Source: Halogeometricum borinquense DSM 11551 (GTDB taxonomy: Archaea; Halobacteriota; Halobacteria; Halobacteriales; Haloferacaceae). From it: a DNA stretch of 32,000 nucleotides. This document shows, piece after piece, positions 7,953 through 15,597 of the stretch. The position numbers and the translations under genes were made by a program. The notes under the pieces are model-generated. The model had not been told where the DNA came from. It did no database searches and saw only the letters and a list, made by a program, of their open reading frames with translations. Position 1 is the stretch's first letter. Every line of letters begins with the position of its first letter. The stretch covers positions 1,530,001 to 1,562,000 of the forward strand of contig NC_014729.1 of assembly GCF_000172995.2 (NCBI RefSeq), given 5' to 3'.

Positions 7953-9128
7953 ATGCTCTCTATCGCTCTCGCGGGCAAACCCAATGCGGGCAAGTCCACC
8001 TTCTACAAGGCGGCGACGATGGCCGACGTGGACGTGGGAAACTACCCCTTCACGACCATCGACCCGAATCGAGGCGTGAGTTACGCTCGCACGCGATGCC
8101 CCTGTCTCGACAGAGACGAACGCTGTGGCAACTGCGAGGACGGCGTCCGCTACGTCGGCGTCGAACTCCTCGACGTGGCTGGACTCGTCCCCGGCGCGCA
8201 CGAAGGCCGCGGACTCGGGAATCAGTTCTTAGACGCGCTCACGAACGCGGACGTTATCCTCGCCGTCGTGGACGCCTCCGGCGGCACCAACGAAGAGGGA
8301 GAACCCGTCGAGGTTGGCACGTACGACCCCGTTGAAGAGGCTGATTTCGTGGAAGCGGAGTTAGAACAGTGGTTAGCGGGCATCATCGACCGCAACTGGG
8401 AGTCGGTCGTCCGCAAGTCCCGGTCGCCGGATTTCGACATCGACGACGCCCTCACGGAGATGTTGACTGGATTCGGTGCGACGGAGTACGACGTGGCCGC
8501 TTCGCTCCGGTCGCTCGACTACCCGGAAGACCCACAGCAGTGGACCGACGAGCATCAGGAAGCACTCGCTAGCGACGTGCGCGCGCGGACGAAACCCATC
8601 GTCCTCGTCGCCAACAAAGCCGACGTCGCCCCACCGGAGAACCTCGAACGCCTGCGCGAGGTGGACAAGCCCGTCGTCGCCGCCACCGCCGACGGCGAAC
8701 TCGCCCTTCGACGGGCCGCCGACGCGGGCATCATCGACTACCTGCCGGGCGACGACGACTTCGATATCGTCGGCGATGTCTCCGATGCACAGCAGTCGGG
8801 ACTCGAGAAGATCCGAGAGGTTGTCGAGACGAACGGCGGAACGGGCGTCCAAGAAGCCATCAACACGGCCGTTTACGACGTACTCGATATGGTGACCGCC
8901 TACCCAGTCCAGAACGAGACGAGATGGACGGACGGCACCGGCGAAATGCTTCCTGACGCGTTCCTCCTCGAACGTGGATCAACCCCGAAAGACCTCGCGT
9001 ACGCCGTTCACTCGGACATCGGCGAGGGCTACCTCCACGCCGTGAACGCACGATCCGACCGGCGTATCGCTGAGGACTACGAGTTAGACGAAGGCGACGT
9101 GATAAAAATCGTCAGTACCGCGAACTAA
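7953..9128 (+). CDS. YchF/OLA1-type P-loop GTPase/ATPase with C-terminal TGS domain
   Basis: Track ORF 7821..9128 trimmed to ATG 7953 (MLSIALAGKPNAGKSTFY = G1). DVAGLVPGAHEGRGLGNQFLD (G3), ANKAD (G4), and a TGS-like C-terminus (PKDLAYAVHSDIGEGYLHAVNA...GDVIKIVS). Confidence 0.85.
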   Translation: MLSIALAGKPNAGKSTFYKAATMADVDVGNYPFTTIDPNRGVSYARTRCPCLDRDERCGNCEDGVRYVGVELLDVAGLVPGAHEGRGLGNQFLDALTNADVILAVVDASGGTNEEGEPVEVGTYDPVEEADFVEAELEQWLAGIIDRNWESVVRKSRSPDFDIDDALTEMLTGFGATEYDVAASLRSLDYPEDPQQWTDEHQEALASDVRARTKPIVLVANKADVAPPENLERLREVDKPVVAATADGELALRRAADAGIIDYLPGDDDFDIVGDVSDAQQSGLEKIREVVETNGGTGVQEAINTAVYDVLDMVTAYPVQNETRWTDGTGEMLPDAFLLERGSTPKDLAYAVHSDIGEGYLHAVNARSDRRIAEDYELDEGDVIKIVSTAN

Positions 9129-9340
9129 GCGACGGGTCCCTCTCCGATGCGAGAATCGTCCGCTTCACACAAATTTGTAGGATTAGTTTCATAATAAGGC
9201 CGCAATCGGGGGTCCAGTTGCTCACCATTGTCGTTTCTCGAAAACCGGGTGCGAGGACCTACGTGTCCATGGCAGAGTCCTGCGTATGTCCCGGCCGTCT
9301 GCTAATTTGACCCGATGCAGTATAAGTCTACCCCGACTAC

Positions 9341-9640
9341 TCAGTCCGACACAACGGGCGAGATGGTCGCTATTTCGCTGCGGCACCGACGAACCATCCC
9401 GTCCTCGTGATCGAATTCGACAAACCCCGCTTCATCGAGTTTTGGAAGATCGACGTGATGGAGACGAACGAGGGCGGCATCACGGTCGGCCTCGGTTACT
9501 GCTTCACGAGATGTGCCTTCCCGTGCGGCGACGACGTCCGTCGCTAACGTTTCGATGTCAACTGCTCCACGGTGGTCGTCAAGGCAGGAGAGCACTGTGC
9601 GCCGGCCGGGATCAGCGAGGATTGCGATTTTGTCGTTCAT
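9341..9640 (-). CDS. small winged-helix DNA-binding protein (DUF7344-type, ArsR-like)
   Basis: RRTVLSCLDDHRGAVDIETLATDV...ALVRLHHVDLPKLDEAGFVEFD matches the haloarchaeal HTH pattern '...LYHxHLPKLxxAGxIxxD'. Flanked by AT-rich non-coding DNA on both sides. Confidence 0.7.
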   Translation of the reverse strand: MNDKIAILADPGRRTVLSCLDDHRGAVDIETLATDVVAAREGTSREAVTEADRDAALVRLHHVDLPKLDEAGFVEFDHEDGMVRRCRSEIATISPVVSD

Positions 9641-9935
9641 CGTTCGTGGAGGTTGTGTGTAGAGAGGAGTGTGTCTCCCTCTAACATCACTTACCCGGAG
9701 ACGTGAGTGACTAATTAGTTATTGGCCTAACACGTTAGGGATACTGTAGGGAACCAAAACAGTAACTCGTTCTTACCAATTTTTTCGAACTAGTACGTCT
9801 CTCTGAAATACAGAACTTAAGATATTTTTAGCTAATAGATTACATCACGGCTGACGCGGTCGTCGTCTGCGATTAAGCGTGTGTTATCGAGGCGAATATC
9901 TCGTTATGCACTGATAAAGCTCTCTCCGCCGCTAT

Positions 9936-11057
9936 TCAGACGACGGCGTCGTACGCTTCGGCCATGATGTCTAACGCTTCGTGCAGTGATGCTTCGTCCG
10001 TTGCGTACGAGAGTCGCGCATATCCATCGCCGTTCGCGCCGAACGCCTCGCCGGGAACGACGATGACACCGCGTTCGAGACACTCGTCTACGAATCCGTC
10101 GGGAACCTCGGGCATCGCGTAGAACGCTCCTTTGGGCGTCGGCACGGTCAGGCCGATATCCTCCAAGCCATCGACGACGATATCGCGGCGACGCTGGAAG
10201 GAGTCGGTCATCTCATCGACGATGCCCTGCGGCCCAGTCAGTGCCGCCTCGGCGGCGAACTGCGCGGGCGCGGATGCACAGGCTTGGACGTACTGGTGCG
10301 CCCGAACCATCCGTTCGATACGGCGCGAAGAGCCGTGAACCCATCCGAGACGCCATCCGGTCATCGAATACAGTTTCGATGCGGAGTTGACGACGACGAC
10401 GTTGTCCGTCTCGGCGAACTCGGCGGGGGACCGGAACTCACCGTCGAACACGGTGTATTCGTACACTTCATCGGAGATACAGAGTACGTCGTGTTCGTCG
10501 GCGATGCGGGCGAACTCACGGATATCCTCCGGCGGCGACACCGCACCCGTGGGATTCCCCGGGCTGTTGACGATGAACGCCGCGGTGTCGTCGGTGATGG
10601 CTTCTTCGACGGCTGCGGGATCGAGAGTCAGGTCATCGCGGAGAGGGACCGGAACGGGCGTTCCGTCGGCGAGTTTCGTGAGGGCGTCGTAGGAGACAAA
10701 GCCGGGATCGGGGATGATTACTTCGTCGCCGGACCCGACGTGCGCTTCCATGGCGATATGGAGTGCTTCCGACCCGCCCGCGGTGGCGATGATGTCGTCG
10801 GGGTGGCGTTCGATCCCTTGGTCGCGTTCGTGTTTCGCGGCGATAGCCTCCCGTAGTGACCGTATCCCCTTGTTCTCCGTGTACGCGTCGGCGCGGCCGT
10901 CCTTGATGGCCTCGATTGCGGCCCGGCGGGCGTGCTCGGGCGCGGCGAAGTCCGGTTGGCCGATTCCAAGGTTTATTGCGTCTTCTCCGGCAGCCTCGAA
11001 CACCTCGCGGATACCGCTTATCGACACCTTCTCGATTCGGTCTGAGAACTCCGACAT
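9936..11057 (-). CDS. class I/II pyridoxal-phosphate-dependent aminotransferase (aspartate aminotransferase-like)
   Basis: 373 aa. NLGIGQPDF, NPGNPTG and SASKLYSMTGWRLGW (PLP lysine) motifs. Confidence 0.9.
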   Translation of the reverse strand: MSEFSDRIEKVSISGIREVFEAAGEDAINLGIGQPDFAAPEHARRAAIEAIKDGRADAYTENKGIRSLREAIAAKHERDQGIERHPDDIIATAGGSEALHIAMEAHVGSGDEVIIPDPGFVSYDALTKLADGTPVPVPLRDDLTLDPAAVEEAITDDTAAFIVNSPGNPTGAVSPPEDIREFARIADEHDVLCISDEVYEYTVFDGEFRSPAEFAETDNVVVVNSASKLYSMTGWRLGWVHGSSRRIERMVRAHQYVQACASAPAQFAAEAALTGPQGIVDEMTDSFQRRRDIVVDGLEDIGLTVPTPKGAFYAMPEVPDGFVDECLERGVIVVPGEAFGANGDGYARLSYATDEASLHEALDIMAEAYDAVV

Positions 11058-11161
11058 ACACTACTCCGCGACCCCCTCCGGGATAGTTCTTCCCTCACAT
11101 GGGTGAGCGGATCGAGACATCTTCCGGCGATTGTCTCCGGATCAAAAGGGGGTCGGGTAGT

Positions 11162-11314
11162 TCATGACTCGTGGGCGTCCCGTAAGTCATCGACGTGACG
11201 CATCACGAGTTCTAGCGTCGCGTCGGCGTCCACGTAGCCCTTCTCGTACTCTTTGTGCGCTGCGTCCACATCGGCTAAGAACGTCTTCACCGCATCTTCG
11301 AGTTCGTCGCTCAT
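11162..11314 (-). CDS. small acidic ORF (50 aa), hypothetical
   Basis: Below the track cutoff. Manual translation: MSDELEDAVKTFLADVDAAHKEYEKGYVDADATLELVMRHVDDLRDAHES, ATG 11314-11312 and TGA 11164-11162. Halophile composition, high GC3. TTTTAA element (minus strand of GCGTTAAAAGCGC, 11333-11345) lies 20-30 nt upstream. Confidence 0.5.
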   Translation of the reverse strand: MSDELEDAVKTFLADVDAAHKEYEKGYVDADATLELVMRHVDDLRDAHES

Positions 11315-11407
11315 ACTCGCACGTTCGCCTGCGGCGTTAAAAGCGCCCCGTCGCGCGCCGGTCAGTCACGCCGGGCGCTCTCCGTGACTCTCACCCGCGG
11401 TCCGTCC

Positions 11408-11417
11408 GTTTATATCC
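11408..11417 (+). promoter_or_regulatory. TATA-like box for xpb (leaderless spacing)
   Basis: GTTTATATCC is centred about 27 nt upstream of the GTG start at 11439. Confidence 0.4.
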
Positions 11418-11438
11418 GATGCCGACACAGCAACGGAT

Positions 11439-12788
11439 GTGCTGACGCTGACGTTCGAGGACGGGACGGTGCGCGTCGGCGGCCTTGCGGAGTCCGACGT
11501 GTCGGCCGCGGACCTCCCCGGCGTGGCGTGGGATGACCGTGGTCTCGTCGCCCGTGCCCCCGCCTATCGCTACGCTGACCTGCGCGCGTCACTGGACGAG
11601 CGCGGACTCGACTACGAAGACCGTATTCGTCCGGAGACGAATCTGAATCTCTCGCACGCCTACGACTTGCGGGACTACCAACGCGGCGCACTCGACGCGT
11701 GGCACGCGAACGATGAGCGGGGCGTCCTCGAACTCCCGACCGGGGCCGGAAAGACCGTCGTCGCCGTCGCCGCTATCGCGGCACTCGGGGGGTCCACGCT
11801 CATCGTCGTCCCGACGGTGGACCTCCTCAACCAGTGGCGACGCGAACTGGAGACGGAGTTCGACATCTCCGTCGGGCAGTTCGGCGGCGGCGAGCAGACA
11901 CAAGAGGCTATTACCGTCTCGACTTACGACTCGGCGTACCTCCGTGCCGACGACGTGGGCGGTGACTTCGAGTTCGTCGTCTTCGACGAGGTACACCACC
12001 TCGGCGGCGAGGGCTACCGGGACGTAGCCCGTCTTCTCACAGCGCCCGCCCGCCTCGGACTCACCGCGACGTTCGAACGACCGGACGGCGCACACGAAGT
12101 TATCGCGGATCTCGTGGGGCCGAAAGTGTACGACCTGTCGGTGGACGACCTCGCCGGAGACCACCTCGCAGAGTACGAAGTCCGCCGGATCGAGGTGGAT
12201 TTGACGCCGGCGGAACGCGAACGCTACGAGGAGGCGCAGGGAACGTTTGTGGACTATCTCAAGACCTCAAATCTCTCCTTTCGGTCGGGATCGGACTATC
12301 AGAAACTCGTGATGCGGTCGGGAACCGACCCCCGAGCGCGCGAGGCCCTCCTCGCAAAGCAACGCGCTCGGCGCATCATGATGAACGCCGACCAGAAGGT
12401 GGAGACGTTGGGCCGAATTCTCGACAGACACTGCGACGACCGAGTAATCGTCTTCACCGCACATACCGACCTCGTCTACCGACTCTCGGAGCGCTACTTG
12501 CTCCCGGCGATAACGAGCGAAACCGCTGCATCCGATCGACGCGAACTACTCGAACGCTTCCGCGACGGAACGTATTCGCGGGTGGTCACGGCGAACGTCT
12601 TGGACGAGGGCGTGGACGTGCCAGACGCGAACGTCGCCGTCCTGCTCGCCGGCAGCGGATCCGAACGCGAGTTCACGCAACGTCTTGGACGTGTTCTCCG
12701 CCCGAAGACCGATGGCGGGGCAGCGATCCTGTACGAACTCGTCAGCGCCGAGACGGCCGAGGAACGGGTCGCACAGCGCCGTCGGTAA
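11439..12788 (+). CDS. xpb: XPB/Rad25 (ERCC3-like) SF2 DNA helicase
   Basis: N-terminal damage-recognition-like domain. ELPTGAGKT (motif I), FDEVHH (motif II), LGLTATFERPDG (motif III plus the RED position, here R-P-D), LDEGVDVPDANV and QRLGRVLR (motifs V/VI). Confidence 0.9.
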   Translation: MLTLTFEDGTVRVGGLAESDVSAADLPGVAWDDRGLVARAPAYRYADLRASLDERGLDYEDRIRPETNLNLSHAYDLRDYQRGALDAWHANDERGVLELPTGAGKTVVAVAAIAALGGSTLIVVPTVDLLNQWRRELETEFDISVGQFGGGEQTQEAITVSTYDSAYLRADDVGGDFEFVVFDEVHHLGGEGYRDVARLLTAPARLGLTATFERPDGAHEVIADLVGPKVYDLSVDDLAGDHLAEYEVRRIEVDLTPAERERYEEAQGTFVDYLKTSNLSFRSGSDYQKLVMRSGTDPRAREALLAKQRARRIMMNADQKVETLGRILDRHCDDRVIVFTAHTDLVYRLSERYLLPAITSETAASDRRELLERFRDGTYSRVVTANVLDEGVDVPDANVAVLLAGSGSEREFTQRLGRVLRPKTDGGAAILYELVSAETAEERVAQRRR

Positions 12789-12847
12789 GTATCACGCGGA
12801 CACGAAACAGCAGGGAGGCGGTCAAAGACGAAATCGGCCGACGTCGC

Positions 12848-13252
12848 TTAGACGAGATCGACGTTAAGGCTGCCGCCGTTCAGGAACGTTTCCTGAGAGA
12901 TTCCGAACGTCACCGAGAACGACGCCGTCGTCCCCGAAGCGACAGTGACTGTCGTCTCTTGGGTGTACTCCTTGCCGTTTCTCGTCACTCGGACCTGGAC
13001 GGTGGCGACTCGTTCAACGTCGCCGCGGTTGCCAACGTCGCCGAACACGCGAAGATTCCCGTTTTCAGTTTCATCGAAGTCGAACGTCTTCACGTACAGA
13101 TCGGGCTTCTCGGGCGTCTGCCGGGACTGTCCCGCCGGAGCGTCCGGTGGCCGACGCGGTCCCGTTCCGTGTGGAGGCGATCCGAGACAGCCACCCAAGA
13201 GGGCGAGAACGCTCGCCGGGAGGGCACGGAGGACGGTACGGCGAGTCTCCAT
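12848..13252 (-). CDS. secreted Tat lipoprotein, small beta-sandwich-like, unknown function
   Basis: Track ORF 12848..13279 trimmed to METRRTVLRALPASVLALLGGC (RR motif plus lipobox). The mature part is beta-rich (VATVQVRVTRNGKEYTQETTVTVASGTTASFSVTF). Start choice uncertain. Confidence 0.65.
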   Translation of the reverse strand: METRRTVLRALPASVLALLGGCLGSPPHGTGPRRPPDAPAGQSRQTPEKPDLYVKTFDFDETENGNLRVFGDVGNRGDVERVATVQVRVTRNGKEYTQETTVTVASGTTASFSVTFGISQETFLNGGSLNVDLV

Positions 13253-13314
13253 GTACGCGGACATTTCGTCCGACGGCATGAGCCTTCCCCTTCGGTCGTT
13301 TCGCTGGGGTCGGA

Positions 13315-13464
13315 TGCGTCTCTGTTCTTGTCCTGTCCTGTTTCTATCTCTGTCTCTGTTCCTGTTCCTGTTCCTGTTCCTGTTCTTGTTCTCGTCTTTG
13401 TCCCTCTCTTGTCCCTGTCCTTGTCTCCGCCTCCGCGTCGGCGGGCTTTTGTCGCGCCCCGGCC
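13315..13464. repeat. adenine-depleted, pyrimidine-rich tract (plus strand)
   Basis: Reading the plus strand, the only A between 13315 and 13464 is at 13345. In 13321-13430 roughly five of six bases are C or T. Confidence 0.85.
13355..13390. repeat. hexanucleotide microsatellite (CTGTTC)5 plus one degenerate unit
   Basis: Perfect CTGTTC x5 at 13355-13384, then TTGTTC at 13385-13390. An isolated CTGTTC occurs at 13321-13326. Confidence 0.9.
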
Positions 13465-13475
13465 AACGCTCCGCC

Positions 13476-15020
13476 GTGCTGACGAAAGACCTCCGCCGCG
13501 TCTCCCGTGCGGGCGGCGGCTACCATCCGCAGTTCGTCGGACGCGAGTCGCGGCCTCTCGCGGCGCGCGTTATCGGCGTGTTTCAGGGCCACGTGGGCGA
13601 ACCTCGCCACCGTCTCGACGACGCCCTCTCGTCGCTCGAAGACGAGGCCGACGACTTCAAACTCGTCCGCGGACTCGCTGCGCTCCTCGACCGGGAAGCG
13701 ACGTTCGAGGTCGTGGCCCCTCTCCCACCGACGCGTGTTCGTCGGGCGACGTTTGAGGAGGCTGAGACGGCAGGTGTCCCCACCACGACGGAGGCGCGGA
13801 CGGCGGTTCTCAAGCGCGTCGCGGATCGTCTCGGAACCGACACCGAGGCTATCGAAGAATCGTTGTACGCCGATAGAGCGGTGAACGAGGTGTTGACGGA
13901 GTTCGACGCTCGTTGGTCTCCCGATTCGTTGTTGGAGCAGTACAATCTCTCGCTCGCACAGACTGCACTGTTCGACGCCACCGAAGTTCGCGTCCGGAGT
14001 TCAGACCCGAAGCGACTCGTCTCGGCGGTGAAACGCCTCGGTCTGATGTACGAGATTCGCCGTGACGGCGAGACGCGCGAACTCGTCGTTACAGGCCCCG
14101 ATGCGCTCTTCCGCCGGACGCGACGCTACGGGACGGCGTTCGCGCGTCTGCTCCGGACCGTCGCCGGAACCGCCGAGTGGACCATGACAGCGACTATCGA
14201 CGACCGCGGAACCGAACGCGAGATGACGCTTTCCGATGCTGATCTCTCAGTTCCCAACGTCGAACCGGTGACGGAACCGACGTACGACAGCGGCGTCGAA
14301 GCCGACTTCGCCGCCCGGTTCGAGGGGTTGGACCTCGATTGGGAACTCGTGCGCGAACCCGAACCGCTCGCGGCAGGCGCGCGGGCGATGATTCCCGACT
14401 TCGCGTTCGTGTACCGGCCCGGTGGCGACGCCGCAGGCGAGAACTCCGGCGACGACCCCGAGTTCCGCGTCTTCTTCGAGGTGATGGGATTCTGGACGCC
14501 CGAGTACGTCGAGAAGAAACTCGACCAGTTCGCCACCGTCTCAGACGATGTGGAACTCGTCGTCGCCGCTGACGAGTCGCTAGCTGTCGCCGAGGACGTG
14601 GCCGAACTCGACCACCGCGTCGTCACCTATTCGGGATCGGTCCATGTGAAAGACGTGGTGGACCTGCTTCGCATCTACGAGGATGAACTGATTGCCGAAG
14701 CAGCGGACGACCTCCCTGACGAACTCTCTCCTGACGCTGACGTGGCTTCGCTCGCCGAACTCGCTGACTCCTACGCCGTCGCCGAGGACGCCCTCGAATC
14801 GGTATCGTTCCCCGACCACGAACAGGTCGGGCGGGCGTTAGTTCGGCCCGCCGTGGTAGACGCGCTCGGTGACGAACTCGAAGCCGGGATGTCGCTGTCG
14901 GACGCCGAAGCGATTCTGGAAGAATACGGTCTCTCCGACGCTTCGGCGGTTCTTTCCCGTCTCGGTTACCGAGTCGAATGGGAAGGTCTCACTGGCGGGA
15001 CACTCCGCGAGAAGCAATAG
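13476..15020 (+). CDS. bax1: Bax1 (DUF790) endonuclease, XPB partner
   Basis: Track ORF 12945..15020 trimmed to the in-frame GTG at 13476, so the protein begins (M)LTKDLRRVSRAGGGYHPQFV, the N-terminus I associate with DUF790/Bax1. Nuclease-like core MIPDFAFV...FFEVMGFWTPEYVEKK. The upstream part of the track ORF only translates the repeat tract (LSLSLFLFLFLF). Confidence 0.85.
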   Translation: MLTKDLRRVSRAGGGYHPQFVGRESRPLAARVIGVFQGHVGEPRHRLDDALSSLEDEADDFKLVRGLAALLDREATFEVVAPLPPTRVRRATFEEAETAGVPTTTEARTAVLKRVADRLGTDTEAIEESLYADRAVNEVLTEFDARWSPDSLLEQYNLSLAQTALFDATEVRVRSSDPKRLVSAVKRLGLMYEIRRDGETRELVVTGPDALFRRTRRYGTAFARLLRTVAGTAEWTMTATIDDRGTEREMTLSDADLSVPNVEPVTEPTYDSGVEADFAARFEGLDLDWELVREPEPLAAGARAMIPDFAFVYRPGGDAAGENSGDDPEFRVFFEVMGFWTPEYVEKKLDQFATVSDDVELVVAADESLAVAEDVAELDHRVVTYSGSVHVKDVVDLLRIYEDELIAEAADDLPDELSPDADVASLAELADSYAVAEDALESVSFPDHEQVGRALVRPAVVDALGDELEAGMSLSDAEAILEEYGLSDASAVLSRLGYRVEWEGLTGGTLREKQ

Positions 15021-15048
15021 GAGACTGGAGACGAGCGCGCCGCGCCCG

Positions 15049-15597
15049 TTACGACAGGTCTTCTTGGCGACCTTTCGGAACCGTCGAGCGGAGTTCGCCG
15101 TGGAGATAGAGACCGACGCCGATAGGTTCTCTCTCGCCTTCGAACTCGTGAGCGGCGACGAGATAGCCCCAGTCGCCGTCCCATCGGTCGAGTTCTTGGT
15201 CCTCGCCGCGCACGAATCGGTCCGCCTCGTCACCTTCGAGGACGACGACGTTCTTCGTCGCTTCACCGCAGAACCGCTGGACGGCGTTGGTGGAGGGTTT
15301 CCAGTGTTCCTGCCGTGCGCGGAGGATGCGCAGACCGAGTCCTTCGACGGGTGACGGCGTCGGCACGTCGGCGGCGAACGCCCAAATCTTCCCGTTGCCT
15401 TTCTCCCAGAAGGTGTGGCCGTCCCACGTCTCCGGTGGGACTTCGTACCGCTGTTCCCACCACTCGACAACCTCCTCGCGGGTGGGGCGGCCGGCGACGA
15501 CGCGGTCCTCGGCCGTCGCCGGGAGGCGGTCGAACTGCTGGCCGTCGTTCTCGGGCGTCTGGTCTTCCGTCCCGTTTCCAGTCGTCTCGTCGCTCAT
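15049..15597 (-). CDS. PUA-like / pre-PUA RNA-binding module protein, translationally coupled to the m5C methyltransferase
   Basis: Track ORF 15049..15702 trimmed to ATG 15597 (MSDETTGNGTEDQ...), which overlaps the upstream stop as ATGA (TGA 15596-15594). The tail YLVAAHEFEGEREPIGVGLYLHGELRSTVPKG resembles C-terminal PUA-type modules found fused to NOL1/NOP2/Sun enzymes. The assignment is tentative. Confidence 0.6.
   Translation of the reverse strand: MSDETTGNGTEDQTPENDGQQFDRLPATAEDRVVAGRPTREEVVEWWEQRYEVPPETWDGHTFWEKGNGKIWAFAADVPTPSPVEGLGLRILRARQEHWKPSTNAVQRFCGEATKNVVVLEGDEADRFVRGEDQELDRWDGDWGYLVAAHEFEGEREPIGVGLYLHGELRSTVPKGRQEDLS

Noticed and set aside
9641-9935. AT-rich 295-nt stretch as a possible replication origin (DUE)
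   Set aside because: I found no origin-recognition-box-type inverted repeats with G-strings, and no orc1/cdc6 gene nearby. A promoter or terminator region, or an sRNA locus, is more parsimonious.
2381-13390. Possibility that the short tandem repeats (2381-2414, 7851-7908, 13355-13390) represent a CRISPR array or related dispersed repeat family
   Set aside because: Each has only 2 copies or is a 6-nt microsatellite. There are no unique spacers of CRISPR size, and the three repeat sequences are unrelated to each other. No cas genes are present.
12945-13475. N-terminal 177 codons of the 691-aa track ORF 12945..15020, including an LSLSLFLFLFLFLF stretch
   Set aside because: This part is antisense to the lipoprotein gene and then merely translates the CTGTTC repeat tract. 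The recognisable DUF790/Bax1 N-terminus (LTKDLRRVSRAGGGYHPQF) begins at the in-frame GTG 13476.
13344-13610. 88-aa minus-strand ORF ending in REQEQEQEQEQEQRQR
   Set aside because: It is a translation artefact of the hexamer microsatellite on the opposite strand. It overlaps the bax1 start region and has no protein-like N-terminal part.
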